Source of the DNA: Chloroflexota bacterium
Lineage (GTDB): Bacteria; Chloroflexota; Dehalococcoidia; Bin125
Reading direction: 5' to 3'
Assembly (NCBI GenBank): GCA_028875225.1
Contig: JAPPFB010000002.1
Location: 11,182-75,181 of the forward strand
Length of the DNA stretch: 64,000 nt
Positions within the stretch are counted from its first letter, which is position 1. Each line of letters starts with the position of its first letter. The position numbers and the translations under genes are program-made. This document shows positions 36,074 through 44,350 of this stretch, one piece after another. The notes beneath the pieces were generated by a model. That model worked only from the letters and a program-made list of their open reading frames with translations. It had not been told where the DNA came from and made no database searches.

Positions 36074-36334
36074 CTATGTGAGTTCAGCGATGGCGAGCAG
36101 CAGACCTCCAACAACACCCATTGCGACTGTGAGTTTGACAATGGCGGCCTTGATCTCTGAGCGGATCCAAACCCTCAGGTTGTCAATGTCGTCGTGCGTC
36201 GCCATCGGTGCGAACTCGTCCTGCAGCGCATCCACCGCCCGTTGCGCGTCCGGTTCTCCGAAATGCGGCCGGAAGATGTGGAAGAGCCGCAGTTTGTCGA
36301 TCAGCCGCGGTCGGGTTGGAAACTCAACAGCCAT
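36074..36334 (-). CDS. Small tail-anchored protein, DUF1640/CCDC90-like
   Basis: AAGGA upstream; helical N-terminal part, ATHDDI motif resembling AT(K)xD(L), C-terminal hydrophobic helix. Confidence 0.5.
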   Translation of the reverse strand: MAVEFPTRPRLIDKLRLFHIFRPHFGEPDAQRAVDALQDEFAPMATHDDIDNLRVWIRSEIKAAIVKLTVAMGVVGGLLLAIAELT

Positions 36335-36358
36335 GTCCTTCGCTCCTCCGCACTCATC

Positions 36359-37147
36359 CTATCGCCCCTTGAACTGCGGCGTTCGCTTCTCCATGAACGC
36401 CTTCGGACCTTCGATCGCGTCCTCGCTACCGAACGCTCTGGCACCCAGCAGCGATTCCATGCTCCAGGCCTGCTCCCAGGACATGCCCATCGAGCCTCGG
36501 ATGACGATCTCCTTGGCCGTGCGCACGGCGAGCGGGCCGTTGGCGCAGATCAGATCAGCGATCGCGTGCGTCGTCGGCATCAGGTCTTCCAGCGGAACGA
36601 CCCGGTTGATCAGACCGCAATGCAGCGCCTCCTGCGCGCTCAGCCGCCGACCCGTGAGGAGAATCTCCATCGCCCAGGCCCAGGGAATCTGGCGCGGCAA
36701 TCGAATGTGCGCGCCGGCGTCGGGGACGATGCCCCAGCGGACTTCCTGCAGGCCGAACTCCGCATGTTCGGCGGCAACGCGGATGTCGGTACCCAACATG
36801 TACTCCAGTCCACCGGCGATGCAGTAGCCATTGATCGCCGACAGCACCGGCTTGAACACGCGATGCAGGTTGCGCGTCTCATTCACCTTGAGCGGCTCGT
36901 TGCGAGCGCCGCCGGCCTTGGCCGGAATCGTGCTGCTCAGGTCGGCGCCGGCGCAGAACGCGCGCTCACCGGCGCCGGTGATGATCGCGACCCACAGATC
37001 AGGGTCATTGTTGAAATCCTCGGTCGCGTCGCGCAGAAGTGAGAGCAGCTCGAGCGACATCGCGTTCATCCGCTCGGGTCGGTTGAACGTGATCACGCAG
37101 CGCTTGTTGGCAGGATCCTTCTCGTAGATCAGCGGAAGATCGGACAT
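36359..37147 (-). CDS. Enoyl-CoA hydratase/isomerase
   Basis: NRPERMNAMS, AFCAGADL, GYCIAGGLE, GLQEVRWG, EDAIEGPKAFMEKR; AAGGAGG RBS. Confidence 0.93.
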   Translation of the reverse strand: MSDLPLIYEKDPANKRCVITFNRPERMNAMSLELLSLLRDATEDFNNDPDLWVAIITGAGERAFCAGADLSSTIPAKAGGARNEPLKVNETRNLHRVFKPVLSAINGYCIAGGLEYMLGTDIRVAAEHAEFGLQEVRWGIVPDAGAHIRLPRQIPWAWAMEILLTGRRLSAQEALHCGLINRVVPLEDLMPTTHAIADLICANGPLAVRTAKEIVIRGSMGMSWEQAWSMESLLGARAFGSEDAIEGPKAFMEKRTPQFKGR

Positions 37148-37183
37148 CGATGGCCTCCTTGGCTCGAATCAGAGCCTATCCCG

Positions 37184-37972
37184 CTATCGACCCTTGAAGA
37201 CCGGATCGCGCTTCTCCATGAACGCGCGCGGGCCCTCGATCGCGTCTTCGCTGCCAAAGGCGCGAGCGCCCAAGAGCGACTCCATGCTCCAGGCCTGTTC
37301 CCAGGACATGCCCATCGCTCCGCGCACGGCGATCTCCTTGGCGGTCCGCACCGCCAGGGGGCCGTTGCGGCAGATCAGATCGGCGATCCCGTTCGCGGTC
37401 TCCATCAGCTGGTCCGCCGGCACGACCCGGTTCACCAACCCGCATTGCAATGCCTCAGCCGCAGAAAGCCGACGACCAGTCAGCAGGATCTCCATTGCCC
37501 AGCACCAGGGAATCTGACGCGGCAGGCGAATGTGCGAGCCGCCGACCGGAATGATTCCCCAGCGAACCTCCTGGAGGCCGAACTCGGCGTGCTCGGCGGC
37601 GACACGGATGTCGGTGCCCAGCATGAACTCGAGCCCGCCGGCGATGCAATAGCCGTTGACCGCCGCGATGATCGGCTTATGGACATCGTGCAGGTTTCGC
37701 GTCTCATTGACCTTCAGGGGCTCGTCGCGCGTCGCCTGGGTCGCGTTGGGAATCGTGCTGCCCAGATCGGCGCCGGCGCAGAATGCCCGGTCGCCGGCCC
37801 CGGTCACGATCAACACCCAGAGGTCTGGATCGCGTTTGAACTCATCGATCGCCTCGCGCATCAAGACCTGAAGCTCAGGGCTCATCGCGTTCATTCGCTC
37901 GGGCCGATTGAACGTCATCAGCGCCCGACGATTCGCGCGATCTGGTTCGAACAGCAGGGGTGGTTCGCTCAT
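37184..37972 (-). CDS. Enoyl-CoA hydratase/isomerase (tandem paralogue)
   Basis: Start at MSEPPLLF; same motifs as, and closely similar to, 36359..37147. Confidence 0.92.
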   Translation of the reverse strand: MSEPPLLFEPDRANRRALMTFNRPERMNAMSPELQVLMREAIDEFKRDPDLWVLIVTGAGDRAFCAGADLGSTIPNATQATRDEPLKVNETRNLHDVHKPIIAAVNGYCIAGGLEFMLGTDIRVAAEHAEFGLQEVRWGIIPVGGSHIRLPRQIPWCWAMEILLTGRRLSAAEALQCGLVNRVVPADQLMETANGIADLICRNGPLAVRTAKEIAVRGAMGMSWEQAWSMESLLGARAFGSEDAIEGPRAFMEKRDPVFKGR

Positions 37973-38107
37973 CGATTGGCTCCATCTCTCGGTCGGCCGG
38001 AGTGTATGAAGAAGATACGCGCATGCCGAACGGGCGCGGCCATGGCAGGATCCACGGGCCAGAGGGCCACGTAGGCTGAGTGCAGCGGGCGTGAGGGGCG
38101 GCGACAC

Positions 38108-39742
38108 ATGCGCTGGGTATTGCCCATTCTGGTGATCGCGCTGCTTGGTTCCGCTTGCAGCGAGATAGACCAGCCGCAGACTCAGGCCACAGGCGCTTCG
38201 GTACAACAACAGGCACTCGAGCGGGAGCAACCTGACGACAGCTCAGCCGACCAGCAGCCGCCACAGACCAGCGAGCAAGCCGAACGAGTGCGGCAATCCG
38301 AGCAATCGCTCGGCGATTCAACAGAACAGAGCGAGCAACCTGCGCGGGAATCTGAGCAGGAAGAATCTTCCCGGCCTGAACAGCAGCAAACTCAGCGGCA
38401 GTCCGAAGCAGCCAGCAACGCGCCGTTCGATCCCGACTCGGTAGAAATGGCCGACCTCATCTACTGGGGTCCACTGGATGGATTTTTCGGCCGCTATGTG
38501 CCTATTCCGACCAATGAACAGGCGTTGCTCGACCAGCTGCTCGCCTCCGACTCTCCCGCGGTCGACAAGTACATCATCGACCTGGCCGCGTTCCCCAACC
38601 CCTACTGGGAGCAAGCCCTGGACTATCTGAAGGCGCGATTCGGGGACTCGCTGCGCACGGTCTATGACTTCCCCGAGATTTTCGACTTCCACTCAGATGA
38701 CAGCGCCACCCTGACATATCTGCGCTTCAAGCAGGCGCTGTTCGGCGGCCAGTTCGAAGACATGGCCGAAATGATGGACCCTGATGCCGCAATCGCGATC
38801 GACGCCCGGGAGATTCAGTGGGGCGGAGTGCGTGTCGACGGAATTCCGCCGCTTGAGTTCCCGACCCAGATTCTGCCTGCTGAAGCAGCGGAGTGGATCA
38901 ACGACTCCGACATCGTCGTCGGTGTGGAGATCGACGGCGACGCGCGCGCCTATCCGATCCGGATCATCGCCTGGCACGAGATGGTCAACGACACAATCGG
39001 CGGAGTACCGGTCTCGCTGGCCTATTGCACGCTCTGCGGCTCGCCGATCCTGTTCGACGGCCGCGTCGGCAGCGAGGTCTACCGCTTCGGCACCAGCGGC
39101 CTGCTGTACCGCTCAAACAAATTGATGTACGACCGCAACACGCGCACGCTCTGGAATCAGTTCAGCGGCAGGCCCGCCTGGGGGCCCCTTGTAGGCCAGG
39201 ACATTCGGTTGAGCGTGCTGCCGGTCGTCGTTACGACGTGGGGCGACTGGCTCGCGCGGCATCCCGACACCACCGTATTGAGCATCAACACCGGCTTCGT
39301 TCGCAACTACGGCCCCGGCGTGGCGTACAACGACTACTTCAACAGCCCGCTGACCTGGTTCAATGTGCCAGTCGAGGACGATCGGCTCGCGCAGAAGGAC
39401 AATGTCTACGCGGTCCGGGTCGGCGAGGCGCTGACCGCCTACCCGATTGAGTTGCTCGCCGAGCGCACGTTCGCGCAGGATGTGGTGGGCGGCCTGGCAA
39501 TCGTTGTAGTCGCTACTGCGAACGGCGAGGGCGGTCGTGCGTTCGAGTCGGGCGAAATCCATTTCCAATCCGCCGACCCCGACGGCGACATGCTGACCGA
39601 CTCCGAGGGTGGCGTCTGGTTGATCAGAGAAGACAGTCTGCTCGGACCCAACGGCGAACTACTGCCGCGCGTCGGTGGACACAACGCTTACTGGTTCGCG
39701 ATCACCAACCAGGTCGACAACGGGCAACTCTGGGAGGGCTGA
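38108..39742 (+). CDS. DUF3179 domain lipoprotein
   Basis: LLGSAC lipobox, Q/S/E-rich linker, GGVRVDGIPPL, RAYP, HEMVND, YCTLC, FGTSGLLYRSN, SLW-like TLWNQ, YWFA. Confidence 0.82.
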   Translation: MRWVLPILVIALLGSACSEIDQPQTQATGASVQQQALEREQPDDSSADQQPPQTSEQAERVRQSEQSLGDSTEQSEQPARESEQEESSRPEQQQTQRQSEAASNAPFDPDSVEMADLIYWGPLDGFFGRYVPIPTNEQALLDQLLASDSPAVDKYIIDLAAFPNPYWEQALDYLKARFGDSLRTVYDFPEIFDFHSDDSATLTYLRFKQALFGGQFEDMAEMMDPDAAIAIDAREIQWGGVRVDGIPPLEFPTQILPAEAAEWINDSDIVVGVEIDGDARAYPIRIIAWHEMVNDTIGGVPVSLAYCTLCGSPILFDGRVGSEVYRFGTSGLLYRSNKLMYDRNTRTLWNQFSGRPAWGPLVGQDIRLSVLPVVVTTWGDWLARHPDTTVLSINTGFVRNYGPGVAYNDYFNSPLTWFNVPVEDDRLAQKDNVYAVRVGEALTAYPIELLAERTFAQDVVGGLAIVVVATANGEGGRAFESGEIHFQSADPDGDMLTDSEGGVWLIREDSLLGPNGELLPRVGGHNAYWFAITNQVDNGQLWEG

Positions 39743-39818
39743 GCGTCACCACTGGCCTCGGTCGATGATGTCGCAGTCACAGCTCGTTGGCATAAGCCAC
39801 ATGCTTGGTGGCGGTTGC

Positions 39819-40052
39819 CTAGTCCGCAGCCTCGATGCTGCTAGACGGCGCATCGTGGTCGGAGCGGATTCTCTCTGCCTCGCCGAGGATGAAGGCCTCG
39901 TATTCGTCCCTTGACTTGAACTGACCCCAGATTAGGTCTTCTCGATGAGGGCGATTCACCGTCTTCTTGCCGACGTAGCCATTCGGGTACTCCACCGTGA
40001 GAGTCTTGGTGATCGTTCGCTGCGGGTGCGGCGGCCATTTCTCGCTCGCCAT
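39819..40052 (-). CDS. Hypothetical small protein (77 aa)
   Basis: ATG 19 nt after the upstream stop with a purine-rich GAAGAGAGAG leader; plausible globular composition; no recognised family. Confidence 0.5.
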   Translation of the reverse strand: MASEKWPPHPQRTITKTLTVEYPNGYVGKKTVNRPHREDLIWGQFKSRDEYEAFILGEAERIRSDHDAPSSSIEAAD

Positions 40053-40071
40053 GGCTCGGTTCTCTCTCTTC

Positions 40072-40467
40072 TCAATAGCGGATGAGGCGATAGGGCACTA
40101 CCGCCAGGCTCTCCGTCTGGTAGAGGATACGCAGCTCGTAGTCGCCCGGCGTACCGTGATGCACATTGTCCAGGAATTCAGTGACGTGCATTCGAAACGA
40201 CCGCCCTGGTTCCGCTGGTTCACTGACCACAACTGGAACGTGGGACTCCCGCGCGATCGCTCCGTCAGGATCAATCAAGAGTGCGGTAAGCAGATACTCG
40301 CCAATCGCGTCGTCCGGGCTGAACTCGAACTGGATCGCAAGGGACATTGACGGATGGACGTACGGGAACTCCTGCGCGTACAGCAAAGTGAACGCGCCGA
40401 GAACGTTGAGGGCGCCGTCCCCACTGAGATTGGCGGCATCGCAGAGAAGAGCGCTGGTGATTCGCAC
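40072..40467 (-). CDS. DUF6941-like beta-sandwich hypothetical protein
   Basis: ALLCDAA...GALNVLGAF...FP, PGDYELRI pattern; GGAG RBS before GTG. Confidence 0.6.
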   Translation of the reverse strand: MRITSALLCDAANLSGDGALNVLGAFTLLYAQEFPYVHPSMSLAIQFEFSPDDAIGEYLLTALLIDPDGAIARESHVPVVVSEPAEPGRSFRMHVTEFLDNVHHGTPGDYELRILYQTESLAVVPYRLIRY

Positions 40468-40494
40468 TGACTCTCCACCACGAGTCGCGGGGTG

Positions 40495-41676
40495 CTAACT
40501 CCGAGGCAGTCCCAGACCACGCGTGGCGATGATGTTTCGCTGGATCTCGTTGGTGCCGGAGTAGATCGTGCTGGGCACGGCGAGCAGGTATTGCTCGGGC
40601 ATGTCGCCTTGCCACGGCGCCGTCGGCTCCTCGGGGATCAGCTGGCCGCTGAGGCCGAACATCTTGATCCCGTAGTTGTAGATCTTCTGGCCCAACTCGG
40701 ACTGGAAGATCTTGATCACCGACGCCTCGTAGTTGGGCACGTTGCCGGTCGCCTGGATGTGACCGATCCGGTAGCCGAGATACTTGGCGACGTTGTTGCT
40801 GATCACCAGGTCCGACAGGCCGAGTCGGTAGCGGTCGCGCTCCTCGGCGGAGCCGTTCTGCAGCTCTTCGGTCATGCCCTCAAGCGTCTTGCGCTGACCG
40901 GCGGTCGTGCCGATCCCGGAGCGCTCGAAGTCGAGCAGGGTCATACCCACGTACCAGCCGCGATTTTCTTCGCCGATGCGGTTCTTGGCCGGCACGCGGA
41001 CGTCCTCGAAGAAGACCTCGTTGAAGTGGTGACGGCCGGCCATGTTGATCAGCGGTCGTACCGAGAGCCCGGGTGTGTTCTTGATGTCGTCGATCAAAAG
41101 GAAAGAGATGCCGCGGTGCTTGGGCGCGTCGGGGTCGGTGCGGACGAGGCAGAACATCTGGTTGGCGCGGTGACCGCCTGAGGTCCAGATCTTCTGGCCG
41201 TTGATGATGTAGTCGTCGCCGTCACGGACGGCGCGGGTCTGCAGTGAGGCGAGATCGGAGCCGGACCCGGGCTCGGAGTAGCCCTGGCACCAGATGTGCT
41301 CGCCCGAGGTGATCTTGGGCAGGTATTCGGCCTTCTGCTCGTCCGAGCCGTGAATGATCAGAGTCGGACCAATCATGCCCACGCCGAAGCCGCGCGTGCC
41401 GGTGTCGGGCGCGCCGTGGTAGCCGAACTCCTCGTTGAAGACGATCTGCTCGTAGATCGACGCGCCCAGACCGCCATACTCCTTCGGCCAGGCCGGCGCA
41501 ATCCAGCCGCGGTCCGCCAGCTTGCGGTTGAACTCCACGGCGTTCTCGAAGTCTTCCTCATTCTCCCGGGCGCCGCCTGGACCCTCAGTGGACGCGGGCT
41601 CGGGAATGTTGTCGAGCAGGAATTGACGGACCTCGCCGCGCAAGGTTTCCTCGGTCTCGGAGAATCGCAGTTCCAT
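40495..41676 (-). CDS. Acyl-CoA dehydrogenase family protein
   Basis: WPKEYGG, WCQGYSEPGSGSDLASL, INGQKIWTS, FNEVFFEDVRVP, FER, IYSGTNEIQRNIIA. Confidence 0.95.
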   Translation of the reverse strand: MELRFSETEETLRGEVRQFLLDNIPEPASTEGPGGARENEEDFENAVEFNRKLADRGWIAPAWPKEYGGLGASIYEQIVFNEEFGYHGAPDTGTRGFGVGMIGPTLIIHGSDEQKAEYLPKITSGEHIWCQGYSEPGSGSDLASLQTRAVRDGDDYIINGQKIWTSGGHRANQMFCLVRTDPDAPKHRGISFLLIDDIKNTPGLSVRPLINMAGRHHFNEVFFEDVRVPAKNRIGEENRGWYVGMTLLDFERSGIGTTAGQRKTLEGMTEELQNGSAEERDRYRLGLSDLVISNNVAKYLGYRIGHIQATGNVPNYEASVIKIFQSELGQKIYNYGIKMFGLSGQLIPEEPTAPWQGDMPEQYLLAVPSTIYSGTNEIQRNIIATRGLGLPRS

Positions 41677-41721
41677 TGGTGCTACCTCACTATCCCGTTC
41701 GCTGGAATACGTCGTGCCTCT

Positions 41722-41796
41722 TGGAGCGGGAGACGGGATTCGAACCCGCGACCCTCTGCTTGGGAAGCAGATGCTCTACCACTGAGCTACTCCCGC
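41722..41796 (-). tRNA. tRNA-Gly (anticodon CCC)
   Basis: GCGGGAGTAGCTCAGTGGTAGAGCATCTGCTTCCCAAGCAGAGGGTCGCGGGTTCGAATCCCGTCTCCCGCTCCA: full cloverleaf with encoded CCA. Confidence 0.97.
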
Positions 41797-41881
41797 AGCG
41801 CCTGCAAATGCGACAGGCACATGCAGAACAGTCTGTTGCATCGTACACGTCGACCCCGCCTTGATGGTGTCAGACGGCGAC

Positions 41882-42724
41882 CTATCGGAATCGCGCGGCC
41901 TGAACGTCGCCCGGGTCGTCAACCACCCGCAATAGTCCGCCGCCGATCAGCGCCAACGCAGCGACGGATCCGGACGCCAAACCAGCAATCGCCGCGTTGC
42001 GGACGAGCAGCGATACCGCATCCGCCGCAATCAAGGCCAGCTCCGCCGCAAACGGATCGGCGGTCGATTCGGCCTGCCCGGCAAATGCCGATCGGACCAC
42101 AAATGCGCCGATCCAGACCAACAGCGCACCCACGGCGATTGCCAGCCCCGGCGCTGCGAACCGAGACAGGCCCCGCGTCTGAGCAGCGGTCGCCAGGGAC
42201 AGCAGGATGGCGAGCGTTCCACTGACGACTAGCGTGACCGTGGCCAGCTCGTGACCACCGCGAGTCAGTCGGCCGACGCTCCCTTCAAACAGGGCGCCAC
42301 GAGAAAAGACGCGGAAGGCCCTGGGCGAATCCGACAGCGCCTCGAGCCCGGCGTCGTACACCAGTGAGGCGGTCGCTGCGGCGATCGCCTCCGAGACCGC
42401 CCCGGGACCGTCCGCCAGCGCCTCCCGATCCAGTTGGAGCGTGAGCGGATAGTCAGACAACGGAACGACCCCGCCGTGCTCAGCCCCTGCCTCCAACTCG
42501 GGCCAGGCGTTGAGGACGAATTGATCGATTTCCAGCAGTGACGTCAACGCACGAGCCAGGTAGTGCTGCGCCGTGTTCCGTTGCGTCAACTGAGTGGCGG
42601 ACAGGAAGACGATCGCCATTGCCGTCATGAGCGCGGTCAGGAGCATGGTGAGGACGAGGACCGGTCTCCGCCAACCCGATTCCCTCGGTGACGCCGGCCG
42701 ATAACGCGTCGGGCGTCCGGTCAC
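41882..42724 (-). CDS. Hypothetical integral membrane protein
   Basis: GTG start overlapping the upstream stop (GTGA); one N-terminal and about three C-terminal hydrophobic helices. Confidence 0.6.
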   Translation of the reverse strand: MTGRPTRYRPASPRESGWRRPVLVLTMLLTALMTAMAIVFLSATQLTQRNTAQHYLARALTSLLEIDQFVLNAWPELEAGAEHGGVVPLSDYPLTLQLDREALADGPGAVSEAIAAATASLVYDAGLEALSDSPRAFRVFSRGALFEGSVGRLTRGGHELATVTLVVSGTLAILLSLATAAQTRGLSRFAAPGLAIAVGALLVWIGAFVVRSAFAGQAESTADPFAAELALIAADAVSLLVRNAAIAGLASGSVAALALIGGGLLRVVDDPGDVQAARFR

Positions 42725-43167
42725 GTCGCCTGAGTCTCGATCAGCAGCGATCCAGAGAGCATGTCGGGCAAGCTTCTTCCCTGCGGATCGACCCAGGGCC
42801 ACCACAACCCGATCCCGAGCAGCACGACCGAAGGCCACCAGATCAGCCCGCGGATGACAAACGTCCGCTTGCCACCGCATAGTTCACGAAGTCCAAGCGC
42901 GCGGGCGCCGAGCGTCCGCGCGCCCAATCCCGCATACAACGACGACAACAGGAACCAGCACAGCGCAATGGCGTAGCCAACGCCCCACTCAGCGGCGGTT
43001 GGATCGCGTTCCAGCGGATCGACTTGCAGCAGCATGCCCAGGAGCGCAGCTCCCGCACACAGTGCGCTGAACAGGCCAATCACGACGAAATCAATCGCCG
43101 CGGCCACTGCCCGGGCCTCTCTGCGAACGATCGGGAGGTACAGAGGTTGGGACTCTGAACGGGTCAT
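42721..43167 (-). CDS. RDD family membrane protein
   Basis: RAVAAAIDF, TLGARALGLR, WPWVDPQGRSLPDMLSGS. Confidence 0.7.
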   Translation of the reverse strand: MTRSESQPLYLPIVRREARAVAAAIDFVVIGLFSALCAGAALLGMLLQVDPLERDPTAAEWGVGYAIALCWFLLSSLYAGLGARTLGARALGLRELCGGKRTFVIRGLIWWPSVVLLGIGLWWPWVDPQGRSLPDMLSGSLLIETQAT

Positions 43168-43195
43168 CAACGCGGTTGAGCGTAGCATCGAATGC

Positions 43196-44344
43196 ATGGT
43201 GCGGCGGCGTCTGGTCCTCAGCGCATCCCTGGCAACGGTCGCCGTTGCCATGGCGGTTCTCTGCGCGCTCTTCGTCTCGACCACGCTCAGGGCGCAGTCC
43301 TCACCCGGTCTCGACGAGCTCCTGGGAAGCGCGACCGAGACCCACCGATTCTCCTTCTTCAAGTACGAGCTGACTCACCTGCCCAACCGCTGGCTGACCA
43401 GCGCGGCCGGTTGGCTCGGTGAACCGGATCTGGATGAGGATGCCACGCTCCAACGATGGTTCGAGGAGCGCAGCGAGCACCACCGGAAGCGGGCGGAACT
43501 GCTCCTGGAACGTCAGCTCAGCAGCGCGGCATCGGAGATGGGACTGGATACTCCGCTCCCGCTCTTCGGCCGGGTCAGAGTCGTCTGGCCGCCGGTCGAC
43601 GTGGATCTCAGCGAACGCTTGCACGTGGTCGCCATCTCACCCAGGGACGAAGTGCGCATGGTCCGGTCCGTGTTGCTCACTTCCGACGTGGAGCGGGAGG
43701 ACTTTGAACGAATCGAAGCTGAGGTGGAAGCCGGCGGGCGCTGGTCTGCCTGGGTCGGATCGATCGGCGGCGTCGCGCTGTATCCGGCTTCAGTCGTCTC
43801 GTCTCGCGACTATCTGAGCACGCTGCAAATCATGGCCCACGAGTGGACTCATCACTACCTGGGCTTCTATCCCCTGGGCCTGGCCTACGCGCAGGGTTCG
43901 GACATGCGGACGATCAACGAGACTGTCGCCGACATCGTCGGCGACGAACTGGGTGAGGTCGCCGCAGGTGCGTTTGCCTATGAATCGCCCGACGTCGACG
44001 ACGAAGCGCAACTCCGAACCGAGATTCGGGCTGCGACCGATCCGCTCCTGCGTCAGCTTCGAATCGATGTCGACGCGCTGCTGGCCGACGGCCGGATCGA
44101 GGAGGCGGAACGCCTGATGGAAGCGACGCGACTGCAACTGGTCGAGCTGGATCGTCCATTCCGGCGGATCAACCAGGCGTTTCTCGCGTTTCGAGGCGGG
44201 TACGGCGCCAGTCCGTCATCAGCCAGCCCCTGGGGCCCTCGGCTGATCGCGTTTCGCAATGAACACGCTTCGCTGTCGGACTTTCTTGAAGCCGTACGAA
44301 GCATCGGTACGCCCAACGAAGCGGACGCGCTGCTCCCGCGCTAG
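43196..44344 (+). CDS. Exported or membrane-anchored putative zinc metallopeptidase (HExxH)
   Basis: N-terminal hydrophobic segment; AHEWTHHY followed by NETVA; INQAFLAF..YG. Confidence 0.65.
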   Translation: MVRRRLVLSASLATVAVAMAVLCALFVSTTLRAQSSPGLDELLGSATETHRFSFFKYELTHLPNRWLTSAAGWLGEPDLDEDATLQRWFEERSEHHRKRAELLLERQLSSAASEMGLDTPLPLFGRVRVVWPPVDVDLSERLHVVAISPRDEVRMVRSVLLTSDVEREDFERIEAEVEAGGRWSAWVGSIGGVALYPASVVSSRDYLSTLQIMAHEWTHHYLGFYPLGLAYAQGSDMRTINETVADIVGDELGEVAAGAFAYESPDVDDEAQLRTEIRAATDPLLRQLRIDVDALLADGRIEEAERLMEATRLQLVELDRPFRRINQAFLAFRGGYGASPSSASPWGPRLIAFRNEHASLSDFLEAVRSIGTPNEADALLPR

Positions 44345-44350
44345 GACGAC

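Noticed and set aside
38108-39742. Selenoprotein form of DUF3179
   Set aside because: The motif is CTLC with ordinary Cys codons; there is no in-frame TGA.
41722-41796. tRNA-Gly as an island integration site (catabolic genes to its left, core genes to its right)
   Set aside because: No integrase and no convincing duplicated 3' end; the 11-nt match TGGAGCGGGAG near 43689 lies inside a CDS and is likely chance.
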